This document shows positions 31,728-42,548 of a stretch of 64,000 bases of DNA, piece after piece. Each line of letters starts with the position of its first letter. Position 1 is the stretch's first letter. The notes beneath the pieces are model-generated. The model made no database searches. It saw nothing but the letters and a program-made list of their open reading frames with translations, and was not told the origin of the DNA. The position numbers and the translations under genes are program-made. The DNA is taken from assembly GCA_902571335.1 (NCBI GenBank), contig CACGBT010000003.1, positions 18,102 to 82,101 on the forward strand, in the 5' to 3' direction. This stretch comes from an uncultured Prochlorococcus sp. (GTDB lineage: Bacteria > Cyanobacteriota > Cyanobacteriia > PCC-6307 > Cyanobiaceae).

Positions 31728-32570
31728 ATAGAAAATACTTTTTTAAAAATAACTAGTAAAAACAATAATCTAGTTAAAAGATTTAGATCATTTAAAAGAG
31801 GATCATCTCCAAAAGGTCAAGACTTTTTTTGCATAGAGGGTACACATCTCATTGAAGAATTGCTGAATTCTGGAAAAAATCCCTCTAAGATTTTAGTTAC
31901 CGAAAAATGGCTAAGAAAGAATCAAAATCTAAGTAAAAAATTTGATGAGTCATTAATAAATATTGTCTCAGAGGAAGTCTTGGTATCTGCGATCTCAACA
32001 ATTAATCCAGATGGGATAGCAGCTTTAGTAGAGATTTCAGCAATACCTGATTATCAATTTAATAAAAAAGATGATTTTGTTCTTGTTCTCGACAGAATTC
32101 AAGATCCTGGGAATATGGGTAATCTATTTAGAACCGCTTTAGCTGCGGGTGTTAATGCAATTTTTTTAGCTGGAGGTGCGCACCCATTAGGCCAAAAGGT
32201 ATTAAGAGCATCCTCAGGTGCAGTTTTTCATCTGCCTTTTATAAGATTTGATGGCATTGAAGAAGAAATATTAAATTCTTTACTTAAGTCTTTGTCTGAA
32301 TTATCAAATGCAGGATTTAAGATTTTGTCTACTAGTAGCCATAATGAAAGTTTTAAAAAACCTTCAAAACCTTACTGGGAAGTTGATTGGTCTAGACGTA
32401 CAGCATTAATTTTAGGTAATGAAGGTCAAGGTATTCATAAAAAAATTCAAGAAAATTTTAATGAAACAATTACAATTCCGCATAGCGAGATTGTAGAATC
32501 ATTGAATGTGGCTTGTGTTGCAGTTCCGTTATTACTAGAACGAAAAAGAGTCGCATACACCTCTAAATAA
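31728..32570 (+). CDS. TrmH/SpoU family RNA 2'-O-methyltransferase (start uncertain)
   Basis: DRIQDPGNMGNLFRTA, LGNEGQG, ESLNV; the in-frame upstream ITSKNNNLVK...IEGTHLIEE region has no ATG/GTG/TTG before TTG 31860. Confidence 0.88.
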   Translation: MENTFLKITSKNNNLVKRFRSFKRGSSPKGQDFFCIEGTHLIEELLNSGKNPSKILVTEKWLRKNQNLSKKFDESLINIVSEEVLVSAISTINPDGIAALVEISAIPDYQFNKKDDFVLVLDRIQDPGNMGNLFRTALAAGVNAIFLAGGAHPLGQKVLRASSGAVFHLPFIRFDGIEEEILNSLLKSLSELSNAGFKILSTSSHNESFKKPSKPYWEVDWSRRTALILGNEGQGIHKKIQENFNETITIPHSEIVESLNVACVAVPLLLERKRVAYTSK

Positions 32571-32581
32571 AAAAATGAAAA

Positions 32582-34021
32582 GTGACTGATTCAAGTTTTG
32601 ATTTTGATTTAATCGTAATAGGAGCAGGATATGGAGGTTTTGATGCCGCTAAACATGCTGCTGGTAAGGGATTGAAAGTCGCAATAGTAGAATCTTCTGA
32701 TATGGGAGGCACTTGTGTTAATAAGGGTTGTGTTCCATCTAAAGCTCTTTTGGCTGCAAGTGGAAAAGTTAGAGAAATAGCTAATTATGAACATTTAGCT
32801 AAATTTGGTATACATGCTTCTCCAGTAAGGTTCGAGAGATCAAAAATTGCAGATCATGCAAATAATTTAGTTTTAAATGTTAGAGAAAATTTAACAAAAA
32901 CTCTTAAAAGGAGTGGAGTTGAAATTATTTTGGGCATTGGAAGAATTGAAGGAAATCAAAAAGTAGGTGTAAGAGATAAAAACGGAATTGATAAAATTTT
33001 CACTTGTAAGAATATTGTTATAGCAACAGGCTCTTCTCCTTTTGTGCCCCGTGGAATAACTTTGGATAATAGGACCGTATTTACTAGCGATGACGCGGTT
33101 AAACTTGAGTGGCTTCCAAGATGGATAGCAATTATTGGAAGCGGATATATAGGCCTAGAATTTGCTGATGTTTATACCGCACTTGGTTGTGAAGTTACCA
33201 TGATCGAGGCTTTGGAGAATATTATGCCAACATTTGATCCAGACATCACTAAAATTGCTAAGAAAAACCTTATACAAGCAAGAGATATAGACACAAAATC
33301 AAATGTCTTTGCGACAAAAATAACACCTGGATGCCCTGTAAAAATAGAACTGACTGATGCAAAATCTAAGGAAGTTGTAGAGACTTTAGAAGTTGACGCT
33401 GTACTAGTCGCAACTGGAAGAAGTCCTAATAGTAATAACTTAAATCTTGAGTCGGTTGGTATCGAAACAGTAAAAGGTTTCATTCCTGTAGATGATCAAA
33501 TGAGAGTTAAGAATGGTGATGAAATAATACCTAACATTTGGGCTGTTGGAGATGTAACGGGCAAACTAATGCTTGCCCATACAGCTGCAGCTCAGGGCAC
33601 TATTGCTGTTGATAATATTTGCGGTGGTAATGTTGAAATTAACTATAAAAGTATCCCCGCAGCAACCTTTACTCACCCAGAGATAAGTTCAGTTGGTCTC
33701 TCTGAAGTTGAAGCTAAAGAGATATCTACAAAAGAAAATTTTACTTTAGGAGTTGTCAAAAGTTTCTTTAAGGCTAATTCAAAAGCATTGGCTGAATTAG
33801 AGAGTGATGGATTGCTAAAGTTGATTTTCAACAAAGATAATGGGAAAGTATTAGGGGCTCATATTTTTGGGTTACATGCAGCTGATTTAATTCAAGAAAT
33901 TTCGAACGCTATTTCAAGAAACCAAGATGTAATTGAATTATCTAAAGAAGTTCATACTCATCCTACTCTTAGTGAAGTAGTTGAGGTCGCATATAAACAG
34001 GCGGCTTCTCAAATAAAATAA
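32582..34021 (+). CDS. lpdA: Dihydrolipoyl dehydrogenase
   Basis: IGAGYGG, GGTCVNKGCVPSK, GSGYIGLE, HTHPTLSE. Confidence 0.97.
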   Translation: MTDSSFDFDLIVIGAGYGGFDAAKHAAGKGLKVAIVESSDMGGTCVNKGCVPSKALLAASGKVREIANYEHLAKFGIHASPVRFERSKIADHANNLVLNVRENLTKTLKRSGVEIILGIGRIEGNQKVGVRDKNGIDKIFTCKNIVIATGSSPFVPRGITLDNRTVFTSDDAVKLEWLPRWIAIIGSGYIGLEFADVYTALGCEVTMIEALENIMPTFDPDITKIAKKNLIQARDIDTKSNVFATKITPGCPVKIELTDAKSKEVVETLEVDAVLVATGRSPNSNNLNLESVGIETVKGFIPVDDQMRVKNGDEIIPNIWAVGDVTGKLMLAHTAAAQGTIAVDNICGGNVEINYKSIPAATFTHPEISSVGLSEVEAKEISTKENFTLGVVKSFFKANSKALAELESDGLLKLIFNKDNGKVLGAHIFGLHAADLIQEISNAISRNQDVIELSKEVHTHPTLSEVVEVAYKQAASQIK

Positions 34022-34033
34022 TATCTAAATTTA

Positions 34034-34921
34034 ATGGAGATAAGACGCAGGCCACCAAATCCAACAGTAAGGGTAGAAAATTTACAATATGCTGTACCTC
34101 ATAGAGAAGCACAAGCAAAAAACATTCTGGAAGAAATTGTATGGCACAAGGATATTGAAATTAAGAATTTTAAAAAAATAGTCTCTTTAGAAGATCTCAT
34201 CAAAAAGATTGAAAAACTTCCTACTCCCAAAGATTTTTACAAAAATATCTTGGAGTCAAAAATAAAACCAGGAGTTATAGCTGAAATAAAAAAAGCTAGT
34301 CCGAGTAAAGGAGTTATTAGAAAAGATTTTAACCCCGAAAAAATAGCAATTTGTTATGAAGGATTAGGTGCATCATGTATCTCAGTACTTACCGATAAAA
34401 GATTTTTTCAAGGTAGTTATGAAATACTCGAAACTGTAAGGAAATCAACTAATCTCCCTCTACTATGCAAAGATTTTATTATTTCTGCTTATCAGATTTA
34501 TAAAGCAAGGGTATCTGGCGCTGATGCAATATTATTAATCGCTGCGATTTTAAGTGATGATGATTTAATTTATTTAAAGAAAATAGCTGATAATTTAAAG
34601 ATGAGTGTTCTTGTGGAAGTCCATAACTCTAATGAATTAGAAAGGATTCTAAAGTTAAAATCTTTTAATTTGATTGGAATAAATAATAGGGACTTAAAGA
34701 CTTTTAAAACGGATTTAAAAACATCAAAAGAATTGATGCATACATATGCAGATATATTTTTAAAACAAAATATTATTCCCATAAGTGAATCTGGAATTAA
34801 TTGTGCCGAAGATTTAGAATCCCTTAGATCTATTGGAATAATGGGAGTATTAATTGGTGAAACTTTTATGAGAGAAACTGATATTGAAAAATCGTTCAAG
34901 AAATTATTTAACTCAATATAA
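34034..34921 (+). CDS. trpC: Indole-3-glycerol phosphate synthase
   Basis: [37 protein letters not shown]. Confidence 0.97.
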   Translation: MEIRRRPPNPTVRVENLQYAVPHREAQAKNILEEIVWHKDIEIKNFKKIVSLEDLIKKIEKLPTPKDFYKNILESKIKPGVIAEIKKASPSKGVIRKDFNPEKIAICYEGLGASCISVLTDKRFFQGSYEILETVRKSTNLPLLCKDFIISAYQIYKARVSGADAILLIAAILSDDDLIYLKKIADNLKMSVLVEVHNSNELERILKLKSFNLIGINNRDLKTFKTDLKTSKELMHTYADIFLKQNIIPISESGINCAEDLESLRSIGIMGVLIGETFMRETDIEKSFKKLFNSI

Positions 34922-34976
34922 TATCGACTTCAAATCGTGCTATAAAATTGAATAAACGGAGTTGTACTGAATATAT

Positions 34977-35648
34977 ATGCAGACTGTAATTTTAACAGGT
35001 ATAGTCGCAGGATTTGTGCATGTAGTTAGTGGCGCTGATCATCTAATTGCAATGGCACCAGCAGCGATTAATAATCCCCAAAAAGCTCTAAAAAATAGTT
35101 TCTCATGGGGCTTGGGACATTCTTCAGGAGTCCTCTTGTTAGCTTTTCTAGCAATTTTTATTAAGGATATTACGCCATTAAATAAATTTTCTAGTATTGC
35201 CGAATTCCTAGTTGGAATTTCACTTTTAATTGTTGGAGTATTTGCTATAAAAAATTCTTTTCAATTAAGTATCCACTCACATTCCCATAAGCATGAGAAT
35301 GGAATTGCCCATCGTCACTTTCACTTTCATGTTAAGGAACAAAAAAATAATAATAAGCACTCACATGCTTTGACTGGTTTAGGATTGCTACACGGTATAG
35401 CTGGAGGTTCACATTTTCTTGCAGTTCTTCCTGCTTTAGCACTACCTTTAACAAACGCTTGCTTATATTTGATTTCATATTTGATTGGTTCAATCATAAG
35501 TATGAATCTTTTTACTTGTTTAATATCTTTTACTACCTTTAAAGCAAGTCAAAAATTTATTAAAAGATTAATAGCTGTAGCAGGAGGGCTTTCCTTTTCT
35601 TTGGGATTATTTTGGATTCAAAGAAGTGCTTCTGTTTTTTTGAATTAA
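34977..35648 (+). CDS. sodT: Nickel transporter, UreH/SodT-type, associated with NiSOD
   Basis: HVVSGADHL, WGLGH, His-rich loop HSHSHKH..HRHFHFH, GLLHGIAG; adjacent to sodX/sodN. Confidence 0.8.
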   Translation: MQTVILTGIVAGFVHVVSGADHLIAMAPAAINNPQKALKNSFSWGLGHSSGVLLLAFLAIFIKDITPLNKFSSIAEFLVGISLLIVGVFAIKNSFQLSIHSHSHKHENGIAHRHFHFHVKEQKNNNKHSHALTGLGLLHGIAGGSHFLAVLPALALPLTNACLYLISYLIGSIISMNLFTCLISFTTFKASQKFIKRLIAVAGGLSFSLGLFWIQRSASVFLN

Positions 35649-35924
35649 AAATTTTTTTAATTTAGGAATAATTAATTTAGAGGTGACAATCCCAATTAAT
35701 TTTTCTTTATTGATTAATCCAAATTTATTACTATCTTCGCTAAATTCAATATTGTCGCCAATAACCTCAACGTTATTTTGATTTACTGAATTTATCCTTT
35801 TTATTAGGTTCTTATTTTTAATTGGATGATTAAAAATAACTATTTGTCTATTTTTAAGTATTGATTTATTCTTTTTATATTTTTTAAAAAATACAATGTC
35901 TCCTTCTTTCAGGTAAGGAAACAT
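35607..35924 (-). CDS. sodX: NiSOD maturation protease (S26 peptidase); true start probably upstream
   Basis: (GES)MFPYL, LIKRI, GDN..FSEDS..FG; directly downstream of sodN. Confidence 0.85.
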   Translation of the reverse strand: MFPYLKEGDIVFFKKYKKNKSILKNRQIVIFNHPIKNKNLIKRINSVNQNNVEVIGDNIEFSEDSNKFGLINKEKLIGIVTSKLIIPKLKKFLIQKNRSTSLNPK

Positions 35925-36007
35925 CGATTCACCACTGATAATAGCGGTTTTTCTTAAACCTAATAAAAATAAAATAAAATCAAAAATACTTTTGAAAATA
36001 ACTCTGA

Positions 36008-36481
36008 TTAACTAGCTTTTACAAAAGAGTCTGATCTTCCTTTTGAAGCCCAGAAAATATTATGAATTTTTTCTACGTAACTCATTAGTTCTTCAGCTTG
36101 GGCTAAGTCAATATTAACTTTGCATGCACTGCATAATTTGGCCGCCTTCCAAATGGTTTCGTGTAAGTCTGGATAAGTTTCTAAGTGAACTGGTTTAAAG
36201 TAATCTGTCCACAAAATTAGAATCTCTTTCTTTGTTTCTTTTGCTTGCTCTTCTTTAACTGCAACATATCTAGAAAATGTATTACTGTATGCAGCCCACT
36301 CTGCTGAATCAGTGCTAGAAGGGGCTTCTAATGCAATAAGTTTTTTTGTCATTGATAAAACTGCTTCAGCTGCAACTCTCGTAGATGCTGGGTCGTAAAC
36401 ACCACAAGGACCATCGCAGTGAGCATGGACTGTCATTGGGGATTTTTTATCTAGAAAAGAATTGATGAATTTACTTAACAT
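36008..36481 (-). CDS. sodN: Nickel superoxide dismutase precursor
   Basis: Ni-hook HCDGPCGVYDP after a 20-aa leader; WTDYFK. Confidence 0.97.
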   Translation of the reverse strand: MLSKFINSFLDKKSPMTVHAHCDGPCGVYDPASTRVAAEAVLSMTKKLIALEAPSSTDSAEWAAYSNTFSRYVAVKEEQAKETKKEILILWTDYFKPVHLETYPDLHETIWKAAKLCSACKVNIDLAQAEELMSYVEKIHNIFWASKGRSDSFVKAS

Positions 36482-36559
36482 TTCAAATATTTGGTGTTAT
36501 ATACATATTACTTGGAGATTTACTAAATTGAAAAGTCTTAGATATTTTTCTTACTTAAT

Positions 36560-37132
36560 TTAATTGACTTTTAATAATTCAACTTCAAATATTAAAGTCG
36601 CATTAGCAGGTATTACATTTCCAGCTCCTCTTGATCCATATCCAAGTTCCGGAGGAATTGTTAATTTTCTTTTGCCTCCAACTTTCATGCCTGCTACACC
36701 TTCGTCCCAACCTTTTATTACTCGTCCAGCACCCAAGGGAAAGCTAAAAGGAGCTCTGCCGATACTGGTATCAAATTGTGTCCCGTCTTCTAGTGTGCCT
36801 GTGTAATTTACAGTAACTGTTTGCCCAGCAATAGCCTCATCTCCTTCCCCGTTTACGATATCTGCAATAATTAGACCACTTTCTGTAGTCCTTGAATTGT
36901 TGTCTGATGGTGTTTCTTCTGCCATAGCGAAAAGTATAGGATTTGGATCTGATGGGTCTAGTTCAAATAAATTATTATTTGAGACATTTGATGATTTTGC
37001 AACAGGTGTTCTTTGAACTAACTGAGTTTTTGATTCAGCAGCATTAACAACTTGAGGTGAATTAAATTGGCTGAAAAGAGTTAATGAAACACAAAAAACA
37101 AAAACTGCAAAACTAATAAAGACTTCTCTCAC
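36560..37132 (-). CDS. FKBP-type peptidyl-prolyl isomerase, exported
   Basis: Signal peptide; [35 protein letters not shown]. Confidence 0.95.
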   Translation of the reverse strand: MREVFISFAVFVFCVSLTLFSQFNSPQVVNAAESKTQLVQRTPVAKSSNVSNNNLFELDPSDPNPILFAMAEETPSDNNSRTTESGLIIADIVNGEGDEAIAGQTVTVNYTGTLEDGTQFDTSIGRAPFSFPLGAGRVIKGWDEGVAGMKVGGKRKLTIPPELGYGSRGAGNVIPANATLIFEVELLKVN

Positions 37133-37217
37133 TTAAATTTTGAAAGTTACTAAAACTTAGTCTACAGAATGAAGGTACAATAAATGGATGATTATAAATT
37201 TAATTTCGTAATTTAGA

Positions 37218-38705
37218 TTGCTAATCCCAACTCAAATTAAAAGTCTAAGACAATATTTTTACCCTTGTTTAGGGGGTATTCTAGGAGGAATCTCCGTATC
37301 AACTCACTTTTGGCTGATTTTTATGCCGATATCTTTATTTATTTTATGGAAGGGAAGTGAGAGAAAAATAGCAAATTTTTGGTGGGGTTTTTTCTTTATT
37401 TTAATAAGTCATTCATGGTTATATGATCTTCATCCATTGACATGGCTTGGCTTTTCATGGATTGCAAGTTTAATAATCACTATTTCAATATTATTATTTT
37501 GTGCTTTTTTGGGTGGGATATTAGTTTATTTATGGGGTTTGTTAGTTGAAATGATTCTCTGGAAAGAGGATGTTTTTAAAATGAAAATATTACCTTTAAC
37601 AGTAAAAGTATTTTTTTTATCTTTGACTTGGGGGATTGGTGAATTGATACTGTCTCAAACGCCTTTTTTTTGGATAGGTTTAGGAGAGAGTCTTGTTCCA
37701 GGTGATATTTATCTTGCTGGTTTGGCAAGATGGGTTGGCGCAAGTGGTTTATGCGTATTACAAATATTAATTGGATTTTGGATTTTTTTTATTCACGGTA
37801 GATTTATAAGAAAACTTCACTTTAAAAAAATATTTCTTTCAGGACTTTTGGTTATTATTTTCTTACATTTATTTGGAGGTTTTATAATTCCAATTAAAAG
37901 AAATTATGAATATCCAGTAGCTATTTGGCAAACGAATATACCAACAAGAGAAAAAATAAAAATAGATGATGAATTTATTAAAGAAAAACAATCTATTGCT
38001 CAAAAATATGCTTTATCTAATAATGCAAAACTACTTGTCGCTCCTGAAGGAACTCTATCTAAAAATTTTTATTTTTCTAAAGAAACTAAGGTTAATACGT
38101 TGGCAGGAGGTTTCAGAAATTCTAATAATGAGTTAAGAAGTTCTTTATTAGGATTTCAAATTGGAGATAAATCTTTTACCTCTTTTATAGATAAAAATAG
38201 ACTTGTACCATTAGGTGAAAAAATACCTAGATTTATAGATAGTTTTTCAAGTGGATTGTCTGCAGTAGGAGGTATTCAGCCAGGTTCATATTCAAGATTT
38301 TTTGATCCTAAATTTACACAACCTATAGCAGTGGCTATCTGTTATGAAATTAGTGATGGATTGAAAATAAGAAAGGCTATTAATAGCGGTGCAAAACTAA
38401 TAGTAACTGCAGCAAATCTAGATCCCTATCCAATTAAGCTTTATAATCAATTTATGTCATTGGCAAGATTGAGAAGTATTGAAAATAAAAAAGATAATCT
38501 ACTTGTATCAAATACCGGTCCTTCAGGTTTAGTTCAAGATGATGGAAAAATAATTCAACTTCTAGATTTAAATGTGGAGCAAAATAAAATAGTGTTCCCT
38601 AATTTTTCATCCGATAAGACTTTCTATACAAAATTTGGAGATAAACCTATTTTGTTATTGTTTATATTTTTTATGGGATTAAATTTCTTTTGGAAAATTA
38701 ATTAA
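37218..38705 (+). CDS. lnt: Apolipoprotein N-acyltransferase
   Basis: Multi-TM N-terminus; nitrilase triad motifs PEG, K..LVPLGE, ICYE; SNTGPS. Confidence 0.9.
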   Translation: MLIPTQIKSLRQYFYPCLGGILGGISVSTHFWLIFMPISLFILWKGSERKIANFWWGFFFILISHSWLYDLHPLTWLGFSWIASLIITISILLFCAFLGGILVYLWGLLVEMILWKEDVFKMKILPLTVKVFFLSLTWGIGELILSQTPFFWIGLGESLVPGDIYLAGLARWVGASGLCVLQILIGFWIFFIHGRFIRKLHFKKIFLSGLLVIIFLHLFGGFIIPIKRNYEYPVAIWQTNIPTREKIKIDDEFIKEKQSIAQKYALSNNAKLLVAPEGTLSKNFYFSKETKVNTLAGGFRNSNNELRSSLLGFQIGDKSFTSFIDKNRLVPLGEKIPRFIDSFSSGLSAVGGIQPGSYSRFFDPKFTQPIAVAICYEISDGLKIRKAINSGAKLIVTAANLDPYPIKLYNQFMSLARLRSIENKKDNLLVSNTGPSGLVQDDGKIIQLLDLNVEQNKIVFPNFSSDKTFYTKFGDKPILLLFIFFMGLNFFWKIN

Positions 38706-39855
38706 TTAATCCGCCACCTAACAAAATTTCTCCCTTATAAAAAACTGCAGCTTGTCCGGGAGTTACCGAACTTTGACTTTCTTCAAAAATTAATTTAAAT
38801 GTTGTAGTTAGATTATCTACCTTTTCCAAAGGTATTAAAGTTCCTTTTACTGGATGACTTCTATATCTGATTTGTGCTTCTACCTCTATCTCTTGCTTGG
38901 GTTCTTCGATTGAAACCCAGTTAACCTTACTAATTATTGCTTCACTATTAAATAGATCACTTTTATCTGCTACGTAAACTATGTTTTTTAATCTGTCTAA
39001 ACTTTTTACATATAATGGGTCTGGCCAAGCAATGCCTAACCCTTTCCTTTGACCTACCGTAAAGTGCTGAATACCATTGTGCGTTCCAAGGACTTTCCCA
39101 TTTACATGAACAATTTCTCCTTCTTTGGGTTCAATGTGTTTATCGATAAATATCTGCATTGATCCATAATGCTCAACTAAACATAAATCTTGACTTTCTG
39201 GTTTTTGAGCAGTTCTGAGGCCTAATCTCAGGGCTTCCTTTCTTGTTTCTTCTTTTTTCATTTCACCAAGAGGAAATTCTAATCTGCTAAGTACTTCTTG
39301 TGAAAGAGAATAAAGAAAATAACTTTGGTCTTTGTTTTCGTCAGCACCTCTGAGAAGCAGGAAGTCCTTAAAAACAAAGCTCTTGCAATCAAGTCTTTTA
39401 GCATAAGAAGATTTTTTTACCCTTGCGTAATGTCCTGTCGCAATATGAGTAAAGGCTTTTTTGTTTATTGCATAATTAAGCATCTCTTCGAACTTCACGT
39501 TCTTATTGCACATCGAACATGGAAGTGGAGTGAATCCTTTCTCATAGCTTTCAGTAGTTTTTTTAATTACCTCTCTTTCGAAAATTTCTCTTGAGTCTAT
39601 TATTTTATGATTAATTCCCAAATCTTCACAAAGACCAGCAGCATCTACTAATCCTTCAGAACAACAGGAGCCTTGTCCTTTCATTAGCCAAAGAGTCAGT
39701 CCCTCAACATTCCAGCCTCTTTCTACAAGAAGAGCAGCTGAAAGGGAACTATCTACACCACCAGAAAGACCTACAATAATATTTTTTTTCTTTTTAGTTT
39801 TATTATTAGAAGAGAAAAAGTTATCTAATTTTTTATCCTTTTGTGTCTTTAACAT
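38698..39855 (-). CDS. mnmA: tRNA 2-thiouridylase
   Basis: SGGVDS, ATGHY, KDQSYFL, ESQDLC, TVGQRKG, TPGQ. Confidence 0.97.
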   Translation of the reverse strand: MLKTQKDKKLDNFFSSNNKTKKKKNIIVGLSGGVDSSLSAALLVERGWNVEGLTLWLMKGQGSCCSEGLVDAAGLCEDLGINHKIIDSREIFEREVIKKTTESYEKGFTPLPCSMCNKNVKFEEMLNYAINKKAFTHIATGHYARVKKSSYAKRLDCKSFVFKDFLLLRGADENKDQSYFLYSLSQEVLSRLEFPLGEMKKEETRKEALRLGLRTAQKPESQDLCLVEHYGSMQIFIDKHIEPKEGEIVHVNGKVLGTHNGIQHFTVGQRKGLGIAWPDPLYVKSLDRLKNIVYVADKSDLFNSEAIISKVNWVSIEEPKQEIEVEAQIRYRSHPVKGTLIPLEKVDNLTTTFKLIFEESQSSVTPGQAAVFYKGEILLGGGLIN

Positions 39856-39901
39856 GGAAGTTTAAATGTTTGAAATGTACTTCAATTGCTTTGTACTCAT
39901 T

Positions 39902-41467
39902 ATGAACGAATTTGAATGGCCAACAATTGACTCTGAACATTTAATTGTTGATTCAAAGCAAATGTTGATACTAGAGAAAGAAATGTTTTCTGATGGAATG
40001 CCACAAGAAGCATTAATGGAAAAAGCTGGTATCCAAATTAGTAGATGGCTCTTAAAAAAGAAACCTCTTTTAAAGCATGGAATAACTATTTTTATAGGTC
40101 CTGGGCATAATGGTGGGGATGGTGCCGTAATAGCCAGGGAGCTTTTTTTGAAAGGTTTTTATGTCCAGGTATGGTGTCCATTCCCGATAAAAAAAACATT
40201 AACAAATAACCACCTTAATTATCTTACATCTATTGGCGTCACAAAATTAGTAGAGGCCCCTAATGCAAACGGGAAAGAGCTTTGGATTGATGCAGTTTTT
40301 GGTAATAATCAAACAAGAAAAGTTGATAAAAAATTAATTAAACTATTTAATCAAAAATTTCATTACAAATATGGCAAGGTAATAAGTATTGATATTCCAA
40401 CAGGATTATGTCCTGATAAAGGAGTGCCATTCTTTGATAACGCAGTAAAGGCAGACTATACCTTGGCCATTGGTCTTCATAAGATTGGGTTAACTCAAGA
40501 TTCTGCCCTACCTTTTATTGGAGAATTGCACCACATAAATGTTGGGGTGCCTATTAGTAAACTGTCCAAAGTTGATAAAAAGATTTTTAAGGTTACTTAC
40601 AAAGATGTAAAAAATATTGATTTACCTCCTTTACCAAAAAATTCCAACAAATATAAAAGAGGTAGAACATTACTAATAGCCGGAAGTGAAAAATATCCTG
40701 GCGCTGCTTACTTAGCATTAAAAGGGGCTATAGCAAGTGGAGCAGGCTTTATCTCTGCTGTCCTGCCTGGGATAGTTGCTGAATCTATTTGGCAAGTTGC
40801 CCCAGAAATAGTTTTAAAAGAAACTATGCAATCTAACTATGATGGAAATGCATCTTTATATAGTGCATTAAAGAATATTGATTTAAGTGCATTTGATTCA
40901 TTAGCTGTTGGTCCAGGAATAGGAATTGATAATGATGATTGGCAAAAATCAAAAGACTATCTTATGGCTTTTGAAGGATTATTGATCTTGGATGCTGATG
41001 CACTTAATAGAATTTCGAAATCTAAGTTGGGGCCAAATTTCTTTTTAGAGAGAAAATTTAAAACATGGATTACACCGCATAGCAAAGAATTTCAAAGGTT
41101 ATTCCCTAATTTAAAATCTGATACTAATTTAGGGCTAGCTCTTGATGCGGCAAAAGAATTTAATATTAGTATTTTATTGAAGGGAGCTAACAGCATAGTT
41201 GCTGATAATAAAAAAGCATGGCAACTCTTTGGAACAGATTCTCAGACAGCTCGTGCTGGACTGGGTGATCTTTTATCTGGCTTTATAGCTGGCAGTTCTG
41301 CGATTGATTTAACCTGCCGTAGAAATATAACAACAGATTTTTTTGCTAAATACGTAATGTTACATTCACTTGCTGCATCAAAGTGCAAAAAAGGGTCAAA
41401 TGCTTCTGCTATTGGTGACGAATTGTCAGAATTAATGAGAAATATAAAAATGAGACAAATATCTTGA
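39902..41467 (+). CDS. nnr: Bifunctional NAD(P)H-hydrate epimerase/dehydratase
   Basis: LMEKAG, GPGHNGGDG, IDIPTG (YjeF_N); YPGAA, GPGIG, LDADAL, TPH..EF, GLGDLL.G; ATG 39902 preferred over 39866. Confidence 0.92.
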   Translation: MNEFEWPTIDSEHLIVDSKQMLILEKEMFSDGMPQEALMEKAGIQISRWLLKKKPLLKHGITIFIGPGHNGGDGAVIARELFLKGFYVQVWCPFPIKKTLTNNHLNYLTSIGVTKLVEAPNANGKELWIDAVFGNNQTRKVDKKLIKLFNQKFHYKYGKVISIDIPTGLCPDKGVPFFDNAVKADYTLAIGLHKIGLTQDSALPFIGELHHINVGVPISKLSKVDKKIFKVTYKDVKNIDLPPLPKNSNKYKRGRTLLIAGSEKYPGAAYLALKGAIASGAGFISAVLPGIVAESIWQVAPEIVLKETMQSNYDGNASLYSALKNIDLSAFDSLAVGPGIGIDNDDWQKSKDYLMAFEGLLILDADALNRISKSKLGPNFFLERKFKTWITPHSKEFQRLFPNLKSDTNLGLALDAAKEFNISILLKGANSIVADNKKAWQLFGTDSQTARAGLGDLLSGFIAGSSAIDLTCRRNITTDFFAKYVMLHSLAASKCKKGSNASAIGDELSELMRNIKMRQIS

Positions 41468-41605
41468 AAGAAACAATTTAAGAGAGTTATTTATAGTTTT
41501 AAACACATAAATGTACAAATATTACTTGAAATCTGAAGCGCGCATTAAATATTTGGCTATTTCTTCAAAAGTGTAGGAGAGTTTTACTACCTAATTAGGT
41601 AAAAA

Positions 41606-42547
41606 ATGGTTTCATCATTACCAACTAAATCAGAGCAACCAAAAAAGAGGAGTAATGATCCAATAAGTTGGTATCTGCAGAACATTGGAAGAGTTCCCTT
41701 ATTAACTCCTGCCGAAGAGATTGAATTGGGCAACCAAGTCCAAAAGATGATGATTCTTACAGAAGATGGACAATTAAATGAAAAGATTAGTGATTTTACA
41801 ACTCAGCAAAAAAGAACGATAAAAATTGGAAGAAGAGCTAAAGAAAGAATGATGAAAGCTAATTTAAGATTAGTGGTCAGTGTCGCAAAAAAATACCAAG
41901 GCAAAGGACTTGAACTTCTTGATTTAGTTCAAGAAGGATCTCTTGGTTTGGAACGGGCGGTTGAAAAATTCGATCCTACAAGAGGTTATAAATTTTCTAC
42001 TTATGCATTTTGGTGGATCCGACAAAGTATGACAAGAGCTATTGCTTGTCAATCAAGAACGATTCGTTTACCAGTTCATTTAAGCGAAAGGTTAGCTTCT
42101 ATAAGAAAAGTTAGTAGGGAATTGGCACATAAACTTGGTGCGATGCCAAGCAGAATTGAAATTGCAGAAGCAATGGAAATTGAAGTGGATGAATTAGATT
42201 CTGTTTTAAGACAAGCTTTATCAACAAGTAGTTTAGATGCTCCAGTAAATGGTGATGATGGAAGGAGCTTTTTAGGCGATTTAATTGCAGACAGCAATAA
42301 TGAAGAGCCTTTAGATCAAGTTGAGCAGAAAATGCATCAAGAGCAACTTGGAAAGTGGTTGAGTCATTTAAGCGAACAAGAGCAACATGTCCTTAAATTG
42401 AGGTTTGGACTAGAAGGAAATGAAAGGCACACGCTTGCTGAAATAGGGAGATTATTAGAAGTCTCGAGGGAGAGAGTAAGACAAGTTGAACTTAAGGCGT
42501 TAAGAAAATTAAGAAATTTAACTAGAAAATTACCAAGCGGTATTTAA
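41606..42547 (+). CDS. Group 2 sigma-70 RNA polymerase sigma factor
   Basis: ANLRLVVSVAKKY, FDPTRGYKFSTYAFWWIRQ, SRERVRQ; lacks region 1.1. Confidence 0.95.
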   Translation: MVSSLPTKSEQPKKRSNDPISWYLQNIGRVPLLTPAEEIELGNQVQKMMILTEDGQLNEKISDFTTQQKRTIKIGRRAKERMMKANLRLVVSVAKKYQGKGLELLDLVQEGSLGLERAVEKFDPTRGYKFSTYAFWWIRQSMTRAIACQSRTIRLPVHLSERLASIRKVSRELAHKLGAMPSRIEIAEAMEIEVDELDSVLRQALSTSSLDAPVNGDDGRSFLGDLIADSNNEEPLDQVEQKMHQEQLGKWLSHLSEQEQHVLKLRFGLEGNERHTLAEIGRLLEVSRERVRQVELKALRKLRNLTRKLPSGI

Positions 42548-42548
42548 T

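Noticed and set aside
41511-41526. NtcA-like site upstream of the group 2 sigma factor (GTACAAATATTAC)
   Set aside because: The spacing is GTA-N7-TAC, not the required N8.
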